Shown: positions 41,520 through 52,551, numbered from the stretch's first letter. The stretch: DNA of 64,000 nucleotides from an uncultured Gemmatimonadales bacterium (GCA_963821525.1 CAWGED010000004.1:367908-431907), one strand, 5' to 3'. Program-made: numbers and translations. Notes: a model not told the origin generated them from the sequence alone.

Positions 41520-43205
41520 CTACCGCAGATCAACCACCTCGAAGTCCTGGTTTCGATACACCACACCGCTGCTGTCGGCCCGCGGCGCTCGGAACACCGC
41601 GTATTCGGCGCCGTATTCCCCCTTGAGCGAGTCGAGCGCCGCCGGCGTCAGCTTCGCGTACCCTGCCTCCGCCTGCTCCAGTCCGGCCACCGCCGAATCA
41701 CCGCTGATCCGCCCGATCCTGCGATACCACTCCAATACCTCCGAGGCCAGGACCGGAGAAGCCTTCCAGTCGACCACCACGGCTCGTTCACTCTGGAGCC
41801 GGAAGTCCGCCATGTTAGGCGGAATCAGGAATACCGCCGCCTGGTCGGTCGTTCTTGCCCAGGCGTAGAGCGCTTGCTCCGTCTTCGTCCCCACGCCGTG
41901 AATCAGGGTCGACTCCTTTACCGAGATGAACAGGAACACTGCCAGCACCGACGCGGAGACCAGCGCCGCAACGCGGTTGCCGCGCGAGTCGGACGGCGCC
42001 GTGCCGCTCGAATCGCTCCGTTTCCACCACAGGTAGACCAAAGTGCCCACCAGGAGCAGAAGCGGCAGGACGAGATCGTCGGCGGTTGGCTTGTGAGTAG
42101 CGGCGCGCACCAACGGCAACGCTAGACCGATGGCCCAAAGCCGGTTCCGCCATGCGGGCCACGGCGCGGCCAGCTCCGGCGGCCTTCCGGTCAATTTGGC
42201 CAGGATCGCGTGGATCACTACGACCTCGGCCAGCAGTACCGAGAACGGAGCCGCGCGAGTCAGCAGCAGCATCGAGACCCGCGGGATAAACACCACTGTT
42301 GTGAGCAGAGTGCTCACCGAGACGATACCGACCAGGACAAACTGCAGGCGCCACAGGCGACGCAGGATCGGGTTCAGCGGAGCTTCCCATGGCGAAGCCG
42401 CGGCGATGGCCAGCAGCAGCCAGGCGATGTAGTGCAGATAATCCCCGAGGAAACTTGGCGGGTAGAAATGATGGGGCGCCCGGATCAACTGAAAGATGTG
42501 AAAGCTCGCCTCGCGCTGCGGGTCCTTGGCCACGGTGAGGAGGACCGGCAACTCCTTCAGCAGCACCAGCCCGGCCGGCAGCAGCTGCATCAGCCCACGC
42601 CGGATCAATCCCTCCCAGCCGAGCGTGAGGTGAACCAGGCCGAACACCATGATGCCGATCACGAGGTAGCTGTCGTGGAATGCCGCTCCCAGCGCCAGAA
42701 CGATTCCCGAGGCCAGGTATCGTCCGTGGAGGAAGCAGACGATGGCCAGCAGCATGCCGAACACCGCGAAAGACGAGGGCTGCAGGAAGTTGTTGAAGAG
42801 GTAGGTCACCCCGACCGAGCGCGTCCGCTGCGCGACAAACGCCGTGGCCAGAAGGAGGGTAGCCGCGGTGGCTGAACTCGCATCGAGACTACGGAACACG
42901 GCGCGGAACGCCAGCAGAGTGCCGCCGACCATGAGCACACTGAGGAGCACCGTCAGCAGCGGAAGCGGCCCGATGCGCGCGAGGATGGGGATGAGGGCCG
43001 AGAAGACCGGATGAATCAGGTAGGTCTGGCTGGCCAGCCAGTCATGGCTGAGCAAATCGGGCCGGATCGCCCGCAGGCCCGCCAGCAGATAGACATTCTG
43101 GTTGTTGATACCGTAGTTCAGCCCGAAGTCCGCGCCGGCGACCAACAGCGCGAGTATCAGGCCGGCCCATCCCCAAGCCGATTGCCCCTCCACGTCCCGA
43201 TTCAT
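41520..43205 (-). CDS. Polytopic membrane protein (DUF6798-like), possible GT-C transferase
   Basis: Many TMs, RAPHH motif, C-terminal FRLQSERAVVVDWKASP..EWYRR. Confidence 0.65.
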   Translation of the reverse strand: MNRDVEGQSAWGWAGLILALLVAGADFGLNYGINNQNVYLLAGLRAIRPDLLSHDWLASQTYLIHPVFSALIPILARIGPLPLLTVLLSVLMVGGTLLAFRAVFRSLDASSATAATLLLATAFVAQRTRSVGVTYLFNNFLQPSSFAVFGMLLAIVCFLHGRYLASGIVLALGAAFHDSYLVIGIMVFGLVHLTLGWEGLIRRGLMQLLPAGLVLLKELPVLLTVAKDPQREASFHIFQLIRAPHHFYPPSFLGDYLHYIAWLLLAIAAASPWEAPLNPILRRLWRLQFVLVGIVSVSTLLTTVVFIPRVSMLLLTRAAPFSVLLAEVVVIHAILAKLTGRPPELAAPWPAWRNRLWAIGLALPLVRAATHKPTADDLVLPLLLLVGTLVYLWWKRSDSSGTAPSDSRGNRVAALVSASVLAVFLFISVKESTLIHGVGTKTEQALYAWARTTDQAAVFLIPPNMADFRLQSERAVVVDWKASPVLASEVLEWYRRIGRISGDSAVAGLEQAEAGYAKLTPAALDSLKGEYGAEYAVFRAPRADSSGVVYRNQDFEVVDLR

Positions 43206-43836
43206 TGCTTCGTCCGGGGTGAGGCGCAGCTGAGCAGGGCATGGGTATAAGGAATCCGAAGCAAATCGGTTCGAGTGCGCGCCTCGACTCGGCCGAAGTG
43301 TGGAGTGGCAAGCTCGCGGTAACCCTCCAGCGTTCGGACGTTCTGCCCGCGATCGCGGCGGATCACGGCGCGCGCGATGATACTCTGACCCTGCTCCAGG
43401 CAGGGATCCACCGTGCAAACCCGCCCACCGGCCGCAACGCCTTGGCCGCCATCTCGAAAAGCTGACTCGCCTCGGCATCGCTCAAGTGATGGAGCAGGCC
43501 GATGGCCAGCACGAGGTCAAACTTGGGGAGATGGGCCAGGTCGGCATCGGTGAGGAGTTGTCGCGCGAAAGTGCCGCGGTGCCCGAACCGCTTACGCGCG
43601 GTTTCGATGTAGGCCTCCGAGGCATCGAACCCGTGGTACTCGACGTCTTCGGGGAGATATCGCAGGATCTCCGCCGTCCCGCAGCCGATGTCGAGGATGC
43701 GGCTGTGGGGCCCCACTCGGAGATGGTCCGACACGATGGTCCGCCGGAACGACTCGGCTCCGACCAGATTCTGGAAGAAGTCGTATGCCGCCGAGGCCGA
43801 CAGCACTGACCGCAATCCGTGGGTAATCTGAGACAT
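43202..43836 (-). CDS. Class I SAM methyltransferase (frameshift near 43420)
   Basis: ILDIGCGTA, FDLVLAIGLLHHL. Confidence 0.85.
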
Positions 43837-43840
43837 CCGA

Positions 43841-44792
43841 TCAGTCCCGGGTGATCGCGAAGCGCATCGGCGTGGTGAGACTGGCGGGGAGGTAGCGAAA
43901 CAGGCGGATCAATCCCGTGGTCTTGAGGGTGCGGAAGACCAGGGCGGCGATCCCGCTGTCATGTCGCTCGCGGAACACCGGATCGCTGTCGAGCCTGAGC
44001 AAGGCCCCGTGGAGCAGTCCAGGTTCGAAGCTCACCCGATGTCCTTGCCGCCTCGCGAAACTCCGGATGTCTCCGTAGGTCAGAAAATCGAGCGAATCCC
44101 AGATGCCGGGGTTCGCGGCAATCCTGGAAGCAAAGACCCGGCGGGTCAGTCGAGGCGACCAGGCCAGGACCGGGATGCCGTAATGCGGTTCGTAGGGAAA
44201 CCAGTAATTCGGGCAGGTGTGGACCATTTGACCAGCGGGGCGCAGCACCGCCAGCATGGCGATCAGCGCTTCCTGCCAATCCGGAATGTGCTCAACGACG
44301 TTGTTACTAAAGATGAGGTCGAAGGTTCCATGTTCGCCCGGATTGAGCGCGCCGGCCGGTATCTCGAGCACGCTGCAGGTTCACGGCGGCAAAATGCTCC
44401 AGGATGGCATTCTTGCACGCCGCGAACATCTCGTAACCGCCGATGGCAGGTTCCAACGCGACGATGTCGTAATCCTCGCTCTTCAGAAAGATGCTGAACA
44501 GGCAGATGCCCGCGCCAACCTCGAGCATCCGTTGCTTCCGGTCCAGTCGAGTCTCCACCAGGGAGAGCGTCGCATGGGTCTCATTGACGAAGGTCTGCAG
44601 TGTCGCGGCGATTTCGTCGCGGCTGAAGGATGAACTTGCCTGAATTCTGGACACCAGGGCATCCAGCGGCAGCCCAGCGAGGAATGCAGCGAGCCGCGGC
44701 TTCAAGGGATGCTGTGCTGTCTCAGTTTCGGTGTTCGACGAGGTCGGCACGGGAGGTCTGGGAAGCTCCGTGTAGGATATTCGCTGAACCAT
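43841..44792 (-). CDS. Class I SAM methyltransferase (frameshift near 44372)
   Basis: MLEVGAG, FDLIFSNNVVEHI, CPNYWFPYEPH. Confidence 0.8.
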
Positions 44793-44914
44793 GTCCTGCA
44801 TCGTGGTGCTGCGAAATGACTTGGCTTCGTGCAATCGGGGATTCTAATCCCCCGGACAGACTTTTATCATTCCCCCCCGGATTATCATTCTCCCCCCTAC
44901 GCTCGGAGTATTCT

Positions 44915-46596
44915 CTGCGCTGCACCATCTGTTGGCTGGCTCTGCTGATGGCCCCTGTTGCGCTCCGCGCCCAGGACAGTGCCTCCACAGATACCACTCA
45001 ACTCTCCTCGCCCCAGAGGATTGATTCCGTCCTGACTCCGGTCGGAACGATGCCCGATTCCGTGCTTCCGGATTCGAGCAACATCATCCGCTACGTCGAG
45101 GTCCGCCGGTCCGACGTCTTCGATTCGTCCGAGGCGAAGAACTGGGCCACCAAGCTGGTCAACGACCTGCATATCGTGACCATGCCGGGCGTGGTGAACC
45201 GCGAGCTGCTCCTCAAGGAAGGCGAGCCGTGGGACTCGGCCCGCGCCGCGGAGACCGCGCGCAACCTCAGGAGGCTCGGAGTATTCCGCAAAGTGTCGGT
45301 GGACTCGGTGACCACCGACTCCGGCCTCGTCATGCTGGTGCAGACCAAGGACGGCTGGAGCACCCAGGCCGACGCGCGCTTCCGCAGCACCGGCGGCCAG
45401 ACCGACTGGCAGATCATGCTGGCGGAGCGGAACCTGATCGGCTCGGCGTCGCGCTTCACGGTCCGCTACCGTCACACGCCCGACCGGTCGCTGGTCAACT
45501 TCAATTTTCTCCAGCCGCGCCTCGTGGCCAAGCAGGTTTCGCTGGGGCTCAACTACCAGCATCGCTCCGACGGAGACCGCTTCATCGCCGCGGTGGACCG
45601 GCCCTTCTACTCTCTGGAAGACAAGCGCGGCGTCTCGTTTCTGTTCGACTACCGGGACGAGAGGGTGCTGCAGTATTTCGACGGCATCACGACCGCGGGT
45701 GATTCGCTCCGTCGCCGCTACCTCCTCGCCGGCATCGAGGCCGCCAAGGCGATCAAGAAGAGTACTTCCGGTTATCTCCGAATCGGCCTGAATGGGCAGA
45801 TCCGCCAGGACGACTACACCACATGGCCCGGGGACCCGGCCTATGGCGGACTTACCGGAACGATCGGCGCCTTCGTCGAGGCTCGAAAGGCGAATTTCGC
45901 GATCACCCGCGGGTTCCGCAGCTTCGGCCAGGATGAAGACATCGACCTCAGCAACTTTATCCGGTTCGGGGTCTATGCCGCACCGAAGGCTTTCGGCTAC
46001 GACGACCAGAGCGGCGTCGGCGGGCTAATGCAGGTCCGTCTCGGGCACCCAGCTTCCCTTCGGTTTCGCCTGGTTCGACGGCCGGGCGAACGGTCTCCTG
46101 GGCAGCGGGGGCCTCGACTCGGGCTCGGTGGTCCTCGGCGCCACGTCGGTGATCCGGCCGATGGCGAAGCAGATGTTGATCCTCCACGCCGACGTCGGCT
46201 GGATCAAGGATCCCATCCCCGGCTCCGAGTTCGATCTGGGCTTCGCGGTCGGACCGCGGGCTTTCCCGATTCACGCGTTCACCGGCGACCGGACCTACTT
46301 CACGACCGCCGAGTACCGGTTGACCTTCGTTGACGATCTCTTCAAGGTCCTGGCCCTCGGTGCCGCAACCTTCGTGGACCACGGCGGGGCCTGGTACAAC
46401 GGCAGCGATACTCGAACCGGCACCGACGTCGGACTCGGCCTCCGCCTGGCGCCTTCGCGCGCGGCCGACGCCAACACGACCGCGTCTCGACCTGGCTTAT
46501 CGCTTCGACAACGACCGGCTCAAGGCGGGGTGGGTGTTTGTGTTCGCGTCGGGTCTCGTGTTCTCGACGTCGCCCAGAGGCGGTGGAGGGTCGTAG
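44915..46596 (+). CDS. Omp85/BamA-TamA-like outer-membrane protein with POTRA-like region (frameshifts)
   Basis: Signal ending LRAQ; RELLLKEGE..ETARNLRRLGVF; ERNLIG; beta-strand-rich C-terminus DVGLGLRL..RLDLAY. Confidence 0.75.
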
Positions 46597-46599
46597 TCA

Positions 46600-46783
46600 T
46601 TTCAGATTGAAGATTTCAGATTGAAGATTCGGGTGTCATTGCGAGGCATCTCCGAGCGGAGCGAGGGCCGAACAATCTCAACACTGTGGGTGAAGACGCA
46701 GAACGCGGAGAGATCTGCTTTGGCGCCGTCGCCATCGCAATGACATCCCCGCCGATCTGCAATCTGAAATCTGGAATCTTCCA
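46600..46783. repeat. Heptamer inverted arrays (GATTTCA/GATTGAA vs AATCTGA) enclosing a REP-like doublet TGTCATTGCGA...TCGCAATGACA
   Basis: Arms at 46600-46629 and 46755-46783; inner inverted repeat at 46634-46644 / 46735-46745. Confidence 0.8.
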
Positions 46784-46852
46784 TTGACCCCGACCCCTCT
46801 GCCCGAAAGACCATCTCACGAAATCCGCAGAGAGGAGGTAGATTAGCCGCCC

Positions 46853-47260
46853 ATGACTACCCCCGACGCCGCACCTCCCGCGGGAGGCTGGAAGAGCAAG
46901 GCCAAGAAAACCATGGTTCTGGTGGTGCTGGTGCCACTCCTTCTCCTGACGCTCTACACCATCGTCGCTATTACCTGGACCTACTCCTCGGGCTACCGGG
47001 CGGGAACCCTGATGAAGTTCTCCCGGAAGGGTTTCATCTGTAAGACGTGGGAAGGCGAGGTCCAGCAGGCGGTGGTCACGGGTGTGGCACCGGTGATCTG
47101 GCAGTTCACCGTGAAGGACGACGCGGTCGCCAGCAAGATCACCGGCATGCTGGGCTCCAAGGTGAGCCTGCACTACGACCAGCACCTCGGCGTCCCGACC
47201 AGCTGCTTCGGAGACACGGGGTTCTGGGTGGATAGTGCGGTGGTCACTCAGAAGGATTGA
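46853..47260 (+). CDS. Conserved hypothetical membrane-anchored protein
   Basis: TM then YSSGYRAG...KFSRKGFICKTWEG. Confidence 0.75.
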   Translation: MTTPDAAPPAGGWKSKAKKTMVLVVLVPLLLLTLYTIVAITWTYSSGYRAGTLMKFSRKGFICKTWEGEVQQAVVTGVAPVIWQFTVKDDAVASKITGMLGSKVSLHYDQHLGVPTSCFGDTGFWVDSAVVTQKD

Positions 47261-47310
47261 GGGATTGAGGGATTGAGGGATTGAGGGATCGAGGGATTGA
47301 GGGATGAGGG
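47254..47310 (+). repeat. (GAGGGATT)n tandem array, about 7 units
   Basis: Read directly from sequence. Confidence 0.92.
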
Positions 47311-47380
47311 CGGTGCGTCGGTTTGGCCGGTGGCGCGTTTGAATGGTATGAGGCGGCAGGGCTGATAGCCATGATTCAGC

Positions 47381-47760
47381 ATGGAACCGGCCGGCCGCTT
47401 CTGGTTATCCCGAGTTATTGAAACAAAGGACCTGCGAGTTTGCGGTCCTGGGATCCGATTGGTCCGAGCGTTACCGACCGACATGGCGGCAAGGGTAGTT
47501 GGTACCAACTGCTTCGCGCTGCGACTGGTTGGGCGAATTACCGTGCAACCTGTCGCGCGAGGAGTCGCGGGAGTTCATCGCAAAGATGGAATCGTGATCG
47601 AGGAGGCCGACGAGTGTATGTTCTGGCTCGAGTTGCTAGAGTCGACTGAATTGGGTCCGCCGGCATACGAACCGCACTCCAGAAGGAAGCAAATGAGCTG
47701 ATCTCAATATTCGTCGTCACAAGACACCATGCCCGCCAGCGCAGCGCCACCGCAGAATGA
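47381..47760 (+). CDS. Four-helix-bundle protein (23S rRNA IVP / Avd-like family), broken by several indels
   Basis: Stitched: LKQRT..FA..IRLVRALP...QLLRAAT..ANYRATCRARS...GIVIEEADECMFWLELL...KEANELISIF. Confidence 0.8.
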
Positions 47761-47787
47761 CCCACCCTCGTAACCCCATTCCTAACT

Positions 47788-47820
47788 CCCAATCCCTCAA
47801 TCCCTCAATCCCTCAATCCC
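47788..47820 (-). repeat. (AATCCCTC)n array, reverse complement of the 47254 array
   Basis: Read directly from sequence. Confidence 0.92.
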
Positions 47821-48553
47821 CTCCGCTCTCATCACCACCACCTCCCCCTCCCGCAGCACCTCCCCCGACACCACCACCGGCGTCGCCACCAACTCAGCAG
47901 CTTCTCCTTCGGCAACGGCGCTCCGTCGGGGCCGGTCAGTAGAATGAAGGCTGCCGGGCCGGTGGAGTCGTGGACGATGAGCAGTGGCGGAGCGCCGCCG
48001 GAGAGACAGCGCGTGGCGCAGCCGCGGTGGACCGCGCCGTTCCCCGGGCGCATGACGCCCAGGTAGCACTTCGAGTCCACGATCTCGCCGTGCAGAGTGA
48101 AGCGGCCCAGGACCTCGGTCTGGATCGCGGGAGCTGATGTGGCACCGTTGCTCGCCGCGTGTGCCACCTCGACCATCGTCTCCCCATCGCGGTAAGATCA
48201 GCGAGCCCTTGAGCTCGGCCCCGCCTCCGTCGAGTCCCTTCACTATCTCCTGTGCTCCGTGCTTCCCCTGCGCCACCAGCAGGTACCGCGAGTACGCCAC
48301 TCCCCGATCGGTGATCCCCGGCCTCGGCACCAGCAGGGCAGGGTACGGATGCTCCACGATCTGTCCCTCGAAGCTCCGCTCGATCCCGTACTCGAAGACA
48401 CTCGGGTCAGCCCTCGGCTGCCGGCTCGCGATGAGGGCGCCGAGCACCGCGGCTCCGCCGACCAGCGCCACGATCAGCCGGCGACCGAGGCGTGCAGTGT
48501 CCGTCGGCGCGATTGGGTGGTAGCCGATGTAGAAGTCGGAGTCGTCTGAGCAT
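47797..48553 (-). CDS. Hypothetical membrane-anchored protein with Cys/His cluster (frameshifts)
   Basis: DFYIGY, TM, FEYG, GKHGA; GEIVDSKCYLGVMRPG..HRGCATRCLSGG. Confidence 0.65.
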
Positions 48554-48723
48554 GGGTGTCAGGTGTCAGGTGTCAGGCGGAAAAGCGGAAGCAGGGAACC
48601 AGTGAAGCCGTGTGCACCGGACTCGTCTAGCTCGATCGGCATGTTGGACTCCTCGCTTCGCTCGGAATGACACGCTACGCTGATCGCTCTGCCGTTCCCT
48701 GATCACCTGTTCACCTGACACTT
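48554..48723. repeat. (GGTGTCA)x3 / (TCACCTG) inverted arrays enclosing a REP-like half-element CCTCGCTTCGCTCGGAATGACA
   Basis: Read directly from sequence. Confidence 0.75.
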
Positions 48724-49761
48724 TCACTCTCCAATTTCGCCGGCTCGACCCGCGTCCCCGGCGCATTCGGCTTCGGATCCACAAACACCCGCCCCTGACT
48801 CACCCGCACATTGAAGGTCGGGATCTTCTCGGTGAAGGGCGGCGGAGAGGCGCCGGTGTCGGGCTGGTACTGGTAGCCGTGCCAGGGACAGGTGATGCAC
48901 CCATCCACGATCCTGCCTTCGCCGAGTGGGCCGTTCTGGTGCTGGCAGACGTTGGAGACGCAGGAAATCTTGCCGTCGTAGCGGAACACCGCGATCCGCT
49001 CTCCGCTCACCAGCGCGATCTTCGCTCGCCCCTCCCGGATGTCGTTCACCGCGCAGACCTCGACATAACCATCGCCGCCGGTCGCGCGCTTCTCGCCATC
49101 GAGTCGCCGCTCCTTGAATGCCGCGGCCAGGTGGAGACCAAGCACGAGTACAAGCGCCAAGTCCGAGCAGGATCGCCAGCAGCGGATCGGTCTCCGATTG
49201 CAGCGCGCCGAAACCCACGTGCACGATGAGCAGTCCGTAGGCGACGTACACCAGCATGTGCAGCGCCTTCCAGACCGGTGCCGTGAGATTCGCCAGCCAG
49301 AAATCGTGGCTGGTCGCCGCCATGAGGAAGAGGATGCCGAGTGCCGCGACACCGGCCAGCTCGAAGGGGAACTGGCTCACGCGACGGGCATCGGCCGAGC
49401 CGATCAGGATGCTCACCAGCGGATTCACGTCGCCCAGGGCATGAAACTGGATCGTCGCGAATGTCGCGTGAGCCAAAGCGAGGATGAACATCGTGACGCC
49501 GAGGTGGCGCCGGTTGTAGAGCAGGGGGAGAAATCTCGGATTCAGCCGGCAGAGCGGTCCGATGCAGAGGATCAAGTGCAGCAGCAGCAGCGCGCAGGTC
49601 CCCAGCGCCCGGATCAGCGTCGTCTCGGCGGTGGCGTTGGGATCGAGTGCGAAGGTGGTTGCCGTGAAGAGCGCCAGATACAACAGGACGCCCGTCGCCA
49701 GCGTGGTATCGTAGATCCGCTTCTGCCGATTCCAGTTCACCGCCTGGTAGAAGTTGCTCAT
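48711..49761 (-). CDS. Ferric-reductase-like (MsrQ-type) TM domain fused to a Rieske 2Fe-2S domain (frameshift near 49160)
   Basis: NRRHLGV..H, ATSHD, WKALHMLVY..H; CQHQNGPL...CPWHG. Confidence 0.85.
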
Positions 49762-50234
49762 GGCCCACTCCGGACCGGAGACAGCTCGGCGAATCCGACT
49801 CGCTCGCGGTGGGCCAGGCTGTAGAGGATCAGGTATCCCCGGTTCGCCGCGGGAAGCTTCAATTGTTTCCCCGCCTCGAGTGGGCCGAGCAGCAGAGCGT
49901 CGGCCGGCAATGTCGTCGAGTCTCCCGCGGTCTCAGCCCAGTAGAGCAGGAGATCAGGCGGTGTCGGTTGCTGGACCTGATCCAGCACCATGGCCGATGG
50001 TGTCGAGTCTCCCTGCTGAGCGAGAAACCGGGCCTGAATTCTTGGCGACTGGAGCAAGGTCCACTCGGAACCGACGGGAACCAGGGTCGGGTCTCGCGGA
50101 TCGGCCAGCTCGCGAGGCAGGCCCGTCGGAGGAACCGGAGAGCGTCCCACCAGTGCCACCAGCAGAATTACCGGAAGAATCGGCGTGAGGAGAACAATCA
50201 TCGCCCGATGACGGGCGCGGAGCCTCCGAATCAT
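49758..50234 (-). CDS. Hypothetical membrane-anchored protein
   Basis: MIRRLRARHR + TM, PDLLLYW, LYSLAH; overlapping start/stop with neighbours. Confidence 0.65.
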   Translation of the reverse strand: MIRRLRARHRAMIVLLTPILPVILLVALVGRSPVPPTGLPRELADPRDPTLVPVGSEWTLLQSPRIQARFLAQQGDSTPSAMVLDQVQQPTPPDLLLYWAETAGDSTTLPADALLLGPLEAGKQLKLPAANRGYLILYSLAHRERVGFAELSPVRSGP

Positions 50235-50482
50235 CGGGCCAGGTCCCTGTGGGCGTTTCGCTCCCGGGACGGAACGCCCTTTGCGATGCGCCAGGCCAGA
50301 TAGGGCCAGAGTGTCATTGCCCCGGGGATTACAAGCAGTCGAAATCCTATGGTGCCGTGGCGCGCGACCGGATCGAGCCGTCCCGCTCCGCGCGCGGCGA
50401 AGGCCACGGCAAAGCACAGCCCGATCAAGAGATAGAGCAGTATCAGGCGCACGATCCAGACGGCGAGTGGCAGGCTGATCAT
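50231..50482 (-). CDS. Small 2-TM hypothetical protein
   Basis: YLLIGLCFAVAF..G..RLDP.A....FRLLVIPG..LWP. Confidence 0.7.
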   Translation of the reverse strand: MISLPLAVWIVRLILLYLLIGLCFAVAFAARGAGRLDPVARHGTIGFRLLVIPGAMTLWPYLAWRIAKGVPSRERNAHRDLAR

Positions 50483-50682
50483 CGACTGGTTAACGCCGTT
50501 GTTCGAGTAGTGGTTCCGGAACCGGGACGCGGGCGCGGGAAAACTGCATCCTTGCAAAGCGGGTGCAGACAGGGGATCTTAAAGGGGTTCCTGCCTTTTG
50601 CCCGTCTGTTTTCCCCCCTGGGCGCTGGTCAATCTCGCCGGGTGCAGACCTGCCTGGCATCCCCGTTGTTTGAGGAATGTGA

Positions 50683-52308
50683 ATGCGGAAACTCCGCATC
50701 GGTGTGCTTGACCTCGTCACCAAGAGTCCAAATCCGTCGCTCTACGGGCGCGTAATGAACGCCAACCTGGCCAGTATCATGCCCCAGATCATCGGGGTCT
50801 GGTGCAGCCAGATGGGCCACGATGTCTCCTTCTGTGTGTATACCGGGTTGGAAGATCTGATGGTCGAGCTCCCCAAGGATCTCGACCTGATTTTCATCGG
50901 GACCTTCACCCAGTCGGCCCAGCTCTCCTACGCCCTGAGCAATATGTTCCGGCAGCGGGGCGCCGTCACCGTCATCGGCGGTCCTCACGCGCGCTGCTAT
51001 CCGGAAGACGCGGCCAAGTATTTCGACTACGTGCTCGGCTTCACCGACAAGAAAGTGGTGCTCGAGGTATTGAGCGAGTGCGCCGCCTGGCGCCCGATGG
51101 GCCGGCAGATCTCGGCGCCGACCCAGCCGCTCGAGCTGCCCAGCGTCGAAGAGCGCTGGCCCTTCATCGAGTCGACGCTCAAGAAGGCGCCCACCATCAA
51201 GTTCGTCCCGATGATCGGGAGCCTCGGCTGTCCCTACACCTGCAGCTTCTGCATCGACGCGACGGTGGACTACCAGCCGCTCAGCTTCCAGCAGCTTCGG
51301 GATGATCTGAAGTTCCTCCAGACCAAGCTCAAGAGGCCAATCCTCGGCTGGCACGATCCCAACTTCGGGGTCCGCTTCGAGGATTACATGGAGGCGGTCG
51401 AGGAGGCCGACCCGCACAAGCGGATCCGGCACATCGCCGAGAGCAGCCTCTCGCTCCTGGCCGAGCCGCATTTGAAGCGGCTCAAGCAGAACAACTTCAA
51501 GGCGATCCTGCCCGGCATCGAGTCGTGGTACGACCTGGGCAACAAGTCGAAGACTCGGAAGACCGGGATGGAGAAGGTGCAGCAGGTCTCCGAGCATGTA
51601 AACCTGATCCTGCGCTACATCCCCTACATCCAGACCAATTTCGTGCTGGGTCTGGATGGGGACCAGGGACCCGAGCCCTTCGAGCTGACCAAGAAGTTCA
51701 TTGATCTGTCTCCCGGCGCCTTCCCGGCCTATTCGCTGTTGTCGGCCTTTGGTCGCGCGGCGCCGATGAACCTCGATTACCAGCGGGCGGGGCGGGTGAT
51801 CCCCTTCCCGTTCCATTTCCTGAACAACAACCACGCGATGAATGTCCGGCCCAAGAACTACTCTTGGACGGAGTTCTACGACGGACTGGTCGCCGTCACC
51901 GGCCATTCCTTCTCCTGGAAGGCCATCATGCGGCGCATCCCGGCCACGGCGGAGCCAATTCCCAAGTGGCTGAACGTGATGCGGGCCATTTCGTCGGAAG
52001 GGTTCGGGCGGCTCAAGTATCACACCCTGATGCGCAAACTGCTCGACACCGACCGCTCGGTCCGCGACTTCATGGAAGGCGAGACCACGGTACTGCCCGA
52101 GTTCTACCGGGCCCGGATCGAGAAGGAGCTGGGGCCACTCTACCAGCACCTGCCCGAGGGTGCGCTTGATGCACGACCAGAACGCGTACCTCAACGGCCA
52201 GACGGCGGACAGTGTCGTGATCAAGATGGCGCCGGGGCGTAAGGCGCACCGGCCGGTGGCTGCTGCAGTGGTGCCGGAGGAGACGACGAGTACTGAGGTC
52301 GTGAACTA
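50683..52308 (+). CDS. Radical SAM protein, probably B12-binding type (frameshift near 3' end)
   Basis: IGGPHA; GCPYTCSFC; FVLGLDGD. Confidence 0.85.
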
Positions 52309-52351
52309 GCCGGACCGGCGGACCCCCTCCCGAGTGGGAAGGGGGAACCGC

Positions 52352-52454
52352 TGCAGAAACGCGGAGACGCAGAGAACGCAGAGAGGAGTCGACTCTGCGT
52401 TCTCTTTGTTTTGGGAGACGGGAAAGCGGTGAATGGCGAACCGTGAACAGTGAA
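52352..52454. repeat. 9-mer (ACGCAGAGA) array with inverted arm, then a GTGAA-heptamer array
   Basis: cgcggagacgcagagaacgcagagag...ctctgcgttctct; gtgaatggcgaaccgtgaacagtgaa. Confidence 0.65.
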
Positions 52455-52467
52455 GGGGGAAGGAAGC

Positions 52468-52551
52468 TGTCATTCCGAGCGAAGCGAGGAATCTCGTTGC
52501 CGCATCTGGACTGGGCATTGAGATCCCTGTCGCTTCGCTCTCGGAATGACA
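52468..52551. repeat. REP-like doublet TGTCATTCCGAGCGAAGCGAGGAATCTC...GAGATCCCTGTCGCTTCGCTCTCGGAATGACA
   Basis: Imperfect palindrome; related copies at 46634, 48650 and 63129. Confidence 0.8.

Noticed and set aside
47381..47760. Diversity-generating retroelement (Avd-like gene)
   Set aside because: No reverse transcriptase and no TR/VR repeat pair visible in the window.
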